The notes below the pieces were generated by a model. It worked only from the letters and a program-made list of their open reading frames with translations. It did not search any database and had not been told where the DNA came from. DNA of 39,374 bases from Gallionellaceae bacterium (GTDB lineage Bacteria; Pseudomonadota; Gammaproteobacteria; Burkholderiales; Gallionellaceae), in assembly GCA_028713345.1 (NCBI GenBank), contig JAQTOM010000002.1, positions 1 through 39,374 of the forward strand, written 5' to 3'. Shown piece by piece: positions 7,468 to 14,725 of this stretch; position 1 is the stretch's first letter, and each line of letters starts with the position of its first letter. Made by a program: the position numbers and the translations under genes.

Positions 7468-8458
7468 GCAACCACGCTCCAACCAGCAAAAGCAGCAGCG
7501 CCCATAGCCACGCACCGCGTTGCACCAGCGCCGTGGCGCGCGCGATGTCCGGTGCAGACGGCGCATTGCCTGCGCCCAGTGCCGGGCGTTGCTCGCATAC
7601 GCCGTGGTAGTTTGCCGCACCGCCCAGCCTGACCACGAGGCTGCCCGCGCCGCTCGCCATCACCGGCCCGGCATTCGGGCTATCCCAGGCACGCGCCTGT
7701 TGCCGCCAGCAGTGCAAGGCGACAGCCGTATTGCCGAGCAGGGCATAGGTCAGCGCGGTGAGCCGCGCCGGAATGAAGTTCAGCGCATCGTCCAGCCGCG
7801 CCGCCGCCCAGCCGAAGCAGCGATAGCGCGGCGTGCGGTAGCCCCACATCGCGTCCAGCGTATTCGCCAGGCGATACAGCAATGCGCCGGGCGCACCCGC
7901 CAGCACAAACCAGAACAGCGCGCCGAACACTGCGTCGCAACCGTTTTCCAGCACCGACTCGACCCCTGCGCGCGCCACGTCCTGCTCTTGCATCGCGGTC
8001 GTGTCGCGGCTGACGATCTCGCCCACGCGCAGCCGCGCCAGCGCCAGATCATCGGCCTGCAAGGCTTGTCGGATGCGGCGTGCATGTTCATTCAGGCTTT
8101 GCAGGCCAAGGGCAAAATACAAAACCACTACGTTGATCCACGGGCGCAACACTGGCTGTTGCCACAGGAAAATGATCAGGCACAGAAACGGAGCAATGGC
8201 CAGCAGCCATGCCAGCACGCCGCGCAGGCGCCTTGTTGTCCTGATACGCCATTGCAGAAAGACGCTGTTGTAGGAGCGCAACTTGTTGCGCGATGTTTGT
8301 TGAGATCGCGCAACAAGTTGCGCTCCTACGGAGTTTAGATGCTGTTCCAGCCACGCCGCAAGATTTCCGAAGCCCACCAGCGGATGCCAGCGGCGCGGCT
8401 CGCCCAGCAGGCAGTCGAGCAGCAGCGCACACGCCATCATCAGTGCGGTGTTCAGCAT
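7460..8458 (-). CDS. cbiB: adenosylcobinamide-phosphate synthase CbiB, carrying an in-frame 60-nt palindromic insertion
   Basis: LLDCLLGEPRRWHPLVGFG, SRDT, ENGCDAVFGALFW, DAMWGYR, NAGPVMASGAG. The track start 8473 is a GTG. ATG 8458 is preceded by AAGGAA. Confidence 0.9.
   Translation of the reverse strand: MLNTALMMACALLLDCLLGEPRRWHPLVGFGNLAAWLEQHLNSVGAQLVARSQQTSRNKLRSYNSVFLQWRIRTTRRLRGVLAWLLAIAPFLCLIIFLWQQPVLRPWINVVVLYFALGLQSLNEHARRIRQALQADDLALARLRVGEIVSRDTTAMQEQDVARAGVESVLENGCDAVFGALFWFVLAGAPGALLYRLANTLDAMWGYRTPRYRCFGWAAARLDDALNFIPARLTALTYALLGNTAVALHCWRQQARAWDSPNAGPVMASGAGSLVVRLGGAANYHGVCEQRPALGAGNAPSAPDIARATALVQRGAWLWALLLLLVGAWLHA
8270..8329. repeat. REPIN-like element: two perfectly inverted 25-nt REP-type arms and a 10-nt spacer, exactly 60 nt, within the cbiB frame
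   Basis: GTAGGAGCGCAACTTGTTGCGCGAT (8270-8294) is the exact reverse complement of 8305-8329. Each arm contains its own mini-hairpin GCGCAAC-TT-GTTGCGC. It is translated on the minus strand as VGAQLVARSQQTSRNKLRSY. Confidence 0.9.
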
Positions 8459-8553
8459 GTTGTTTCCTTGCACATGGAAATATGGGGTTCGTACCCGGAC
8501 ACGGGGAATTCGGCGAGGAAAAATGTCATGACTGCCACAGCAGGGTGCAGTAA

Positions 8554-9153
8554 TTAGAGCTCTACACCTTGCTGCGCTTTGACGCCCGCATGATAGGCGT
8601 GTTTGACGAGGTGCATGTCGGTGACGGTGTCGGCAAATTCGATCAGCGCATCGGGTGCGCCGCGCCCGGTAATGACTACATGCTGTGCGGCGGGCCGTTT
8701 GCGCAAGGCGGCGAGCACATCCCCCACTTGCACGTACTGCAGTTTCAGCGCGATATTCAGCTCATCCAGCAATACCACCGCATATCGCGCATCGCTCAAC
8801 AGTTCGCGCGCCTTGTTCCAGGCCGCAGCGGCGGCGGCGATGTCGCGTTCCTTATCCTGCGTTTCCCAGGTAAAGCCCTCGCCCATGACGTGATAACTGA
8901 CCTCTGGAAAGCGCCGGAAAAATTCCTCCTCCCCGGTGGAGGATGCACCCTTGATGAATTGCACCACGCCGACACGCATGCCGTGACCGAGCGCGCGCGC
9001 CAGCATGCCGAAACCCGCCGTGCTCTTGCCTTTGCCGTTGCCGGTGTTGACAATGACCACGCCGCGTTCGATGCTGGCTTCGGCAACATGCTGGTCGATC
9101 ACCGCCTTTTTGCGCGCCATGCGCGCGCGGTGTTGCGCCGGGCTATCCGCCAT
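8554..9153 (-). CDS. cobO: cob(I)yrinic acid a,c-diamide adenosyltransferase
   Basis: 199 aa. Motifs: VNTGNGKGKSTAGFG, VVQFIKG, LLDELN, VITGRGAP, DTVTDM. Confidence 0.93.
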   Translation of the reverse strand: MADSPAQHRARMARKKAVIDQHVAEASIERGVVIVNTGNGKGKSTAGFGMLARALGHGMRVGVVQFIKGASSTGEEEFFRRFPEVSYHVMGEGFTWETQDKERDIAAAAAAWNKARELLSDARYAVVLLDELNIALKLQYVQVGDVLAALRKRPAAQHVVITGRGAPDALIEFADTVTDMHLVKHAYHAGVKAQQGVEL

Positions 9154-9177
9154 GCCTAACGGACATGGCGGATAGCC
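9141..9177 (-). promoter_or_regulatory. perfect 14-bp hairpin enclosing the cobO start codon, with a 7-codon upstream mini-ORF
   Basis: GGCTATCCGCCATG (9141-9154) is the exact reverse complement of 9164-9177, with a 9-nt loop. In the mRNA the 3' arm is c-AUG-GCG-GAU-AGC-c, which is cobO codons 1-4. The 5' arm carries its own AUG (9166-9164) behind GGGUGG, opening atg tcc gtt agg cat ggc gga tag. Confidence 0.45.
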
Positions 9178-9216
9178 ACCCTTGAATAATGAAACGTTGA
9201 TTCTCCATGTCTGTTT

Positions 9217-9311
9217 CCCTCTCCCCAGCCCTCTCCCGCAGTGCGTGGTTGTTGCCGATTTATCGGCTTTACAACCATGGCCTACCCCTTGCGGGTGCGC
9301 GGGCGAGGGAG
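9217..9311. repeat. intergenic GC-rich imperfect palindromic element with an internal hairpin; its left arm is shared with the cobQ element B
   Basis: The left arm CCCTCTCCCCAGCCCTC-TCCCGCA (9217-9240) matches 5679-5697 except for two 1-nt indels. The right arm is TGCGGGTGCGCGGGCGAGGGAG (9290-9311). The inner hairpin is GGTTGT-t-GCCGAT-tt-ATCGGC-ttt-ACAACC (9247-9276). Confidence 0.7.
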
Positions 9312-9339
9312 ATAATGTCTCGCTTCGCGAGTTTTTATG

Positions 9340-9930
9340 TTAAATGCGCTCGGAAGAATGGGCGGTATTTTTTCCTGCATTAACCAGCAGCACGTGCAGC
9401 ATTGCGGCGCATGCGATATACAGCAGTGTGCAAGACAGGTATGGCGGGTAATATTTTGCGATGCCTGCCGCATATTGCACCAAACCCGGGCTTGAGATAT
9501 GTCCCGAAAGCAGGTAATAACTGGTGTTGGAAATCAGGAACGCAGCAGTAATCGAACCCCACGCCACGGCGGCCAGCAATCCCAGGCCTGTCCAGCTCAT
9601 TTGCTGGCGTGTGGCGAACCAGCGGCCGGCATACCACAGGCAGGCATAGGTGGGGATCAAAAACCAGTAGGCGGGTGAAATGCATGCGTCGCTCACGCCA
9701 CGAAAGGCAATCGCGTAATAATCCACGCCGCCCGCCGCCAGCAGCAGGAATATAAAGGCTGCGGCGGCAGGCCAAGCCATGCGTGCCAGATAAAATCCAG
9801 CCAGGAAGAACACCGCCAGGCTAGCATCAGGCAAAGACACCGCAGAACCAAAATGGCTGTAGAAGCGCGTAGCCGCCATCAGCAACACCAGCGCGGCAAA
9901 TATTCCAACTTGTCGATTTTGCAATTGCAT
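9340..9930 (-). CDS. six-TM membrane protein of the B12 operon; candidate BtuM-like solitary cobalamin transporter (function inferred)
   Basis: 196 aa from ATG 9930, which is preceded by AAAGGAG; the track start 9948 is a TTG. I count about six hydrophobic helices. It sits between btuB and cobO, downstream of the cobalamin riboswitch. It has a single Cys in ...GVSDACISPAYW... at about residue 83. Confidence 0.75.
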   Translation of the reverse strand: MQLQNRQVGIFAALVLLMAATRFYSHFGSAVSLPDASLAVFFLAGFYLARMAWPAAAAFIFLLLAAGGVDYYAIAFRGVSDACISPAYWFLIPTYACLWYAGRWFATRQQMSWTGLGLLAAVAWGSITAAFLISNTSYYLLSGHISSPGLVQYAAGIAKYYPPYLSCTLLYIACAAMLHVLLVNAGKNTAHSSERI

Positions 9931-10023
9931 TTGTATTACTCCTTTCAATTAAGCCACCTGAACAGGTGGCAACTTTAGCAGAAAAATGGTGAGCATCGAA
10001 GCGCGTCCCGCTCGCTGCCGCCT

Positions 10024-11889
10024 TTACTGCTGATAATTCAGTCCGACAAACAAGGTGCGTCCCAATGGGTTGTAGCCATACGCCGTGGCATCATTCTGGT
10101 TAGTCAAGTTATCCGCGCGCAATGACAACTTCAACTTTTTGTTAAGCGCATAGCCCGCATTGAGATTGAACACGTTATAACTTGATAGCGTAACGGGTGT
10201 ACCTGTCGTCAAATTCGCGTCTGGTCGTGTATCGCTATATTGCCACTCACCACCAATTTGCCATAACCCGAACTGTTGCGACAGGCCAATATTGCCATGC
10301 AGCTTGGCGCGGCGTGTCAGCACCGGGCCAGTACCAACGGTACGCGGATTCTGCGAAGTCAACGCAGCCTTTATACCCGTGTCGCCAAACTGCCCGGCAT
10401 AACTTAATTCAGTGCCATCGATACGCGCCTCGCCCAGATTGACCATCGCAAAGGCAGGCAGGTTATTGCCTGTAATTAACCCGCTAATCCGGTTGTCAAA
10501 ATATGCAGCATCGAAATGTTGCGTGCCATCCGTATAGTGCAATCCCAATTCACGGTTGCGCGAATGCTCAGGCTGCAAATTGGGGTTGCCTGCATAACTA
10601 AAGCCCCAGCCAAAATTCGTAAACGGATAAAACAAATCATTCAGCGTGGGCGCCTTGAATGCGGTGCTGATGCTTGCCGTTGCGCGCCATGCATCATTGA
10701 TGGCATAGCCATATCCAAGCAGGCCGGTATTCGACTGGCCAAAATCGGAATACCTGTCCTGACGCAAATTAGCCTGTACCTGATGCGAGCCGTAATAGCC
10801 TGTATAGCCGGCAAACAGGCTGTTCACCTTGCGGTTTTTTGTGGTGAAGGCAACATCGCTTGTTACTTGCTGCGTCAAATCTTCCGCGCCAAGGTTAAGC
10901 GCGTTATGCGCATCCAGTTGCAACGTGTTTTGCCAGGTGACCTGCTGGTTGGTTGTTTTGAATGCTGCGCCACCCGCCAAATCCAGTTGGCCGTTCAGAA
11001 AAGTTTGCGTGTCATCGGTGCCTTGGGCTAATTGCAAGTGACTCAGCCAGATATCGTTCAGGCGATTGTCCGATGCGAGAGAGAACTTGCTCACACTGTC
11101 CTTGTTGGTATTGATGTCTGATTTATTCAGGTTGTTAGTATTGTCATACTGGTTGTCTCCCCGGCTATTAAAAGCCGTAACCGACAGGCTGTTGTCCTTG
11201 TTAAACACATAGCGCACATTAGCTGACAGGCTGGTGTTGTCATAACCGTCTTTGTCTGGGTTGACATTGGCATTCAACGCAGGATTGAGGGCAGACACGC
11301 CATCGGTCTTGAACCGGGAGAATTGCATGTTGAAGTCCACACTCTCAACTGCGCCGCCAAATCCGGCAGACAAACGCCGGGTGCCTTGATTGCCCAAGCC
11401 GCCGCTCACATTGAGTGCAGGCGCATCATAACCACGCTTGGTGAAAATCTGGATGACGCCGCCGATAGCTTCCGATCCATACAGGCTGCTGACATTGCCA
11501 CGCACGATTTCAATACGCTCGATTTGATCCAGCATTAAATCCTGAATCGAAGTGGTACCCGATGTGGCAGAGTTGATCCGCACGCCATCCAGCAAAATCA
11601 AGGTATGGGTGGCATTGGATCCTCTGATGTACAAGTTGGTAGTTTTACCCATTCCGCCGCCCTGATTGATTTCCACCCCAGCCACGTTACGCAAGATGGT
11701 CGCCACATCGGCAGCCTGTGAATTCTGGATGTCCTGCCGGGTAATCACGGTAGTGCTGCTTAAAGATTGCCTTAATGGTTGTGCAATGCGCGTGGCCGTC
11801 ACCACGATTTCATCGAGAGTACCGGTTGTTGCATAAGACAAGGGAGTGACCGCACATAGAATGGCGGCAAGAAGTTTCTGCTGTTTCAT
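10024..11889 (-). CDS. btuB: TonB-dependent vitamin B12 outer-membrane receptor
   Basis: Signal peptide MKQQKLLAAILCAVTPLSYA, TonB box DEIVVTATR, plug motifs (IRGSNATHTLILLDGVRIN, IEIVRGNVSSLYGSEAIGGVI), and a C-terminal beta-barrel ending ...GRTLFVGLNYQQ. It lies immediately downstream of a cobalamin riboswitch. ATG 11889 follows AGGAAAA; the track ORF is extended to 11937. Confidence 0.92.
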   Translation of the reverse strand: MKQQKLLAAILCAVTPLSYATTGTLDEIVVTATRIAQPLRQSLSSTTVITRQDIQNSQAADVATILRNVAGVEINQGGGMGKTTNLYIRGSNATHTLILLDGVRINSATSGTTSIQDLMLDQIERIEIVRGNVSSLYGSEAIGGVIQIFTKRGYDAPALNVSGGLGNQGTRRLSAGFGGAVESVDFNMQFSRFKTDGVSALNPALNANVNPDKDGYDNTSLSANVRYVFNKDNSLSVTAFNSRGDNQYDNTNNLNKSDINTNKDSVSKFSLASDNRLNDIWLSHLQLAQGTDDTQTFLNGQLDLAGGAAFKTTNQQVTWQNTLQLDAHNALNLGAEDLTQQVTSDVAFTTKNRKVNSLFAGYTGYYGSHQVQANLRQDRYSDFGQSNTGLLGYGYAINDAWRATASISTAFKAPTLNDLFYPFTNFGWGFSYAGNPNLQPEHSRNRELGLHYTDGTQHFDAAYFDNRISGLITGNNLPAFAMVNLGEARIDGTELSYAGQFGDTGIKAALTSQNPRTVGTGPVLTRRAKLHGNIGLSQQFGLWQIGGEWQYSDTRPDANLTTGTPVTLSSYNVFNLNAGYALNKKLKLSLRADNLTNQNDATAYGYNPLGRTLFVGLNYQQ

Positions 11890-12054
11890 CGATATTTTCC
11901 TGAGTGAGTTCCAAAGCGACCCCGCTGGAACGTTCAATTACAGGAAATACCGCAGACAACAGGAAGGAAGTGCCAGCTAACCGGTACGGTCAACCAAACC
12001 GCCGTCCATGCGCCGCCCGCAGCATTTCCCGACCCGTGGAATCCTTGAAGGACT

Positions 12055-12230
12055 CCTGCACTCAAGGCCGATATACGGGCTCGCAAGACAAAACGCACCG
12101 CCTTCCCATGATTGCTCACAGTGGCATATTGATACGTCCACACTTGCTTACCGTTGCGGGGGCAGCACAGGTATTTCACCTGTTTCCCGTTTAACCGGAT
12201 AGCGCAAGCTATCCGGCACCTCAATGCGAC
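12055..12230 (-). promoter_or_regulatory. cobalamin (AdoCbl) riboswitch in the btuB leader
   Basis: The minus-strand read contains the conserved core: GGTGCC ... AAACGGGAAACAGGTGAAATACCTGTGCTGCCCCCGCAACGGTAAGC ... GCCACTG ... GGGAAGGC ... and a B12-box-like GAGCCCGTATATCGGCC (12066-12082). It lies about 170-340 nt upstream of the btuB ATG. Confidence 0.85.
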
Positions 12231-12441
12231 AAGAATTGTAACAAGACACTGGAAAATACGGAACAACAATTTCGCTGGCGCTAAAAACACTGTCCATTTG
12301 ATCCTGAATCTGACAGCCAAATCTGTTGTTGTGGTGCAATATTATGATTTTTAACAAAAATTAATTATGAACTAATTATCTTTGCCATGTTGTGCGCTAT
12401 GATCAATTTGCGCAACAATTCTGTGCCAAAAAGTATTCTGG

Positions 12442-13308
12442 TCAATCATCATTCCCACGCACACCCATTTTTGCAAGGATGTCATCGAGCTGATCGAGTG
12501 TTTTATATTCAATTACCAGTTTACCTGCACCCTTTTCGCTGTGGTGTATTACAACCTTTGCTCCAAGCCGGTTCGCAACTTTTTCTTGCAAGCAGAGAGT
12601 GTCACGGCTGGGCGCCGCTTTTTTTTCCCCATGTTTCGCAACAGGGCTCAAAATATTCTGCACCAATTTCTCTGCTTCGCGCACCGATAATCCGCTTGCT
12701 ACAATTTTGTTGGCGGTTGTAATCTGCCGGGCGCCATCCAGCGCCAGCAGTGCCCGGGCATGTCCCATGTCAAGGCCGCCTTCCATCAGCATGGCCTGTA
12801 CCGGCGACGGTAATTTGAGCAGGCGCAGCAGGTTGCTCGCCGCACTGCGCGAACGCCCCACCGCATCTGCGGCGGCCTGATGCGTCATCTTGAATTCATC
12901 TATCAGACGCTGAATACCCACCGCCTCTTCCAGCGGATTAAGATTTTCGCGCTGGATATTTTCGATCAACGCCATGGCCAGCGCAGCGTTATCCGCCACC
13001 TTGCGCACCAGCACTGGCACCTGGCTCAGGCCAGCCAGCTGTGCGGCACGCCAGCGCCGCTCCCCGGCAATGATTTCGTGGCTGCCATCCGGCAACACGC
13101 GCGCCAGGATTGGCTGCATCACGCCCTGTGTTTTGATCGAGACGGCCAACTCGTTGAGCGATGCTTCATCCATGCGGCTGCGCGGCTGGTATTTGCCGGG
13201 CTTGAGCTGGCCAATATTCATTTCGCTCAATACGTCTCCCTGTTCCTTACCGTTACCGGACAGCAGTGCATCCAGACCGCGTCCCAATCCCTTATTCGGT
13301 TTTGCCAT
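12442..13308 (-). CDS. parB: chromosome partitioning protein ParB (Spo0J)
   Basis: Motifs: GLGRGLDALL, QPRSRMDEASLNELAVSIKTQGVMQPIL, IIAGERRWRAAQLAG, and the HTH MTHQAAADAVGRSRSAASNLLRLL. Confidence 0.95.
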   Translation of the reverse strand: MAKPNKGLGRGLDALLSGNGKEQGDVLSEMNIGQLKPGKYQPRSRMDEASLNELAVSIKTQGVMQPILARVLPDGSHEIIAGERRWRAAQLAGLSQVPVLVRKVADNAALAMALIENIQRENLNPLEEAVGIQRLIDEFKMTHQAAADAVGRSRSAASNLLRLLKLPSPVQAMLMEGGLDMGHARALLALDGARQITTANKIVASGLSVREAEKLVQNILSPVAKHGEKKAAPSRDTLCLQEKVANRLGAKVVIHHSEKGAGKLVIEYKTLDQLDDILAKMGVRGNDD

Positions 13309-13323
13309 ATCGTTTCCCTTTTG

Positions 13324-14103
13324 TTAAACCTGTGCGGACTGCTTTGCGTTGTTGAGTAATTCGCCTGCCAAGGCCAAATAGGCCTGCGTACCTTTGGAAA
13401 GCTTGTCGTGATAAAGCGCTGGTACGCCGTAGCTGGGTGCTTCTGCCAACCGTACATTGCGCGGAATAACGGTGCGGTAAACCTTTTCACCAAAATGCTG
13501 CTGCAATTGTTCCGATACCTGCTGCGCCAATGTGTTGCGTGGATCAAACATGGTGCGCAACAAGCCCTCGATTTCAAGATCCGGGTTGAGGTGCGCACGC
13601 ACCTTGCGGATGGTGTTGACCAGGTCGCTCAGGCCTTCCAGCGCATAGTATTCACACTGCATCGGGATCATCACTGATCGCGCAGCACATAATCCGTTTA
13701 AGGTAAGCAGGTTCAATGCAGGTGGGCAATCAATCAATATGTAATCGTATTCCGCCGCCACGGTCTGCAAGGCATCCTTGAGCCGGGTTTCACGGTTTTG
13801 CAAGTCAACCATTTCTATCTCCGCCCCCGCCAGCTCACGGTTGGCGGGCAGCACGTCATATTTCCCGGCCTCAAAGTGAAAACGAGTCTCATGCAAGCTT
13901 TTGCTTCCCAACAGCACATGATAGATGGTTGCCGACAGGTTGCGTTTGTCAATACCGCTGCCCATGGTGGCATTGCCCTGCGGGTCGAGGTCAACCAGCA
14001 AGACCCGCTGTTTCATGGCCGCCAGGCTGGCGGCCAGGTTTACGGTTGTGGTGGTCTTGCCTACTCCACCTTTTTGATTGGTAATCGCTAGTATCTTGGC
14101 CAT
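13324..14103 (-). CDS. parA: chromosome partitioning ATPase ParA (Soj)
   Basis: MAKILAITNQKGGVGKTTTTVNLAASLA (deviant Walker A), LVDLDPQGNAT, ILIDCPP. Confidence 0.95.
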   Translation of the reverse strand: MAKILAITNQKGGVGKTTTTVNLAASLAAMKQRVLLVDLDPQGNATMGSGIDKRNLSATIYHVLLGSKSLHETRFHFEAGKYDVLPANRELAGAEIEMVDLQNRETRLKDALQTVAAEYDYILIDCPPALNLLTLNGLCAARSVMIPMQCEYYALEGLSDLVNTIRKVRAHLNPDLEIEGLLRTMFDPRNTLAQQVSEQLQQHFGEKVYRTVIPRNVRLAEAPSYGVPALYHDKLSKGTQAYLALAGELLNNAKQSAQV

Positions 14104-14104
14104 T

Positions 14105-14725
14105 TCAAATCGCTCTCAATATAACCAGACAACGTTCTGCATCCAGACCCGGTACTTGTAACGGGATAATTTTTTCTACCCTGATATTTGCTGGCAGTTC
14201 TTCCAGCTCCTGGCTTGGCGCACCCTTCATGGCGATCCAGCGTCCGTCTTGTGCCAACAAGTGGCGCGTAAGCGCAGTAAAATCCGCAACCTTGGCAAAT
14301 GCACGGGAAATAATCCCGTCGAACTTCTCTGCCGGCTGCCAGCCTTCCGCACGCTCACAGTAAACGCTCACATTATGTAAACCGAGTTCAATTGCCGCTT
14401 GTTGAACAAAGCTGGTTTTCTTGCTATTGCTATCCAGCATGGTAAACGTCCAATCAGGGCGCAAAAGCGCCAAAGCCAGCCCAGGTAACCCTGCGCCACA
14501 ACCCACATCCAGCCAGTGCCCTGGCCACAAATGCGGTAATACAGCAAGACTATCCAGTAAGTGATGACTTACCATCTGCTCTGGCTGGCGGATTGCGGTC
14601 AGGCTATAAACCTTGTTCCATTTTTGTAGCAGTTCTATGTAGCGTAGCAGCTTTTTCTGGGTTTCCGGTGCAGCGTCTATCCCTAATTGTGCGATGCCGG
14701 ATTCGAGTTCTTGCTCCAGTTTCAT
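14105..14725 (-). CDS. rsmG: 16S rRNA (guanine527-N7)-methyltransferase RsmG (GidB)
   Basis: 206 aa. [31 protein letters not shown]. It has the conserved position downstream of mnmG. Confidence 0.93.
   Translation of the reverse strand: MKLEQELESGIAQLGIDAAPETQKKLLRYIELLQKWNKVYSLTAIRQPEQMVSHHLLDSLAVLPHLWPGHWLDVGCGAGLPGLALALLRPDWTFTMLDSNSKKTSFVQQAAIELGLHNVSVYCERAEGWQPAEKFDGIISRAFAKVADFTALTRHLLAQDGRWIAMKGAPSQELEELPANIRVEKIIPLQVPGLDAERCLVILRAI

Noticed and set aside
9953-9970. The hairpin GCCACCTG-aa-CAGGTGGC between btuB and the BtuM-like gene considered as an operon-internal terminator.
   Set aside because: The 8-bp stem has an essentially absent loop, and only a weak T-tract (TTAATT) lies on the transcribed strand. 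The downstream gene has a strong SD 15 nt away, which fits co-transcription. At most this is an mRNA-stability element.
12231-12441. Small ORFs (12148..12357-, 12154..12354+, 12387..12722+) and a possible origin or extra parS in the AT-rich parB-btuB spacer.
   Set aside because: There are no SD sequences or recognisable motifs, and no DnaA-box or parS match. The region is best explained as the btuB promoter/leader plus the parB 3' flank. I could not identify a convincing -35/-10 pair either.
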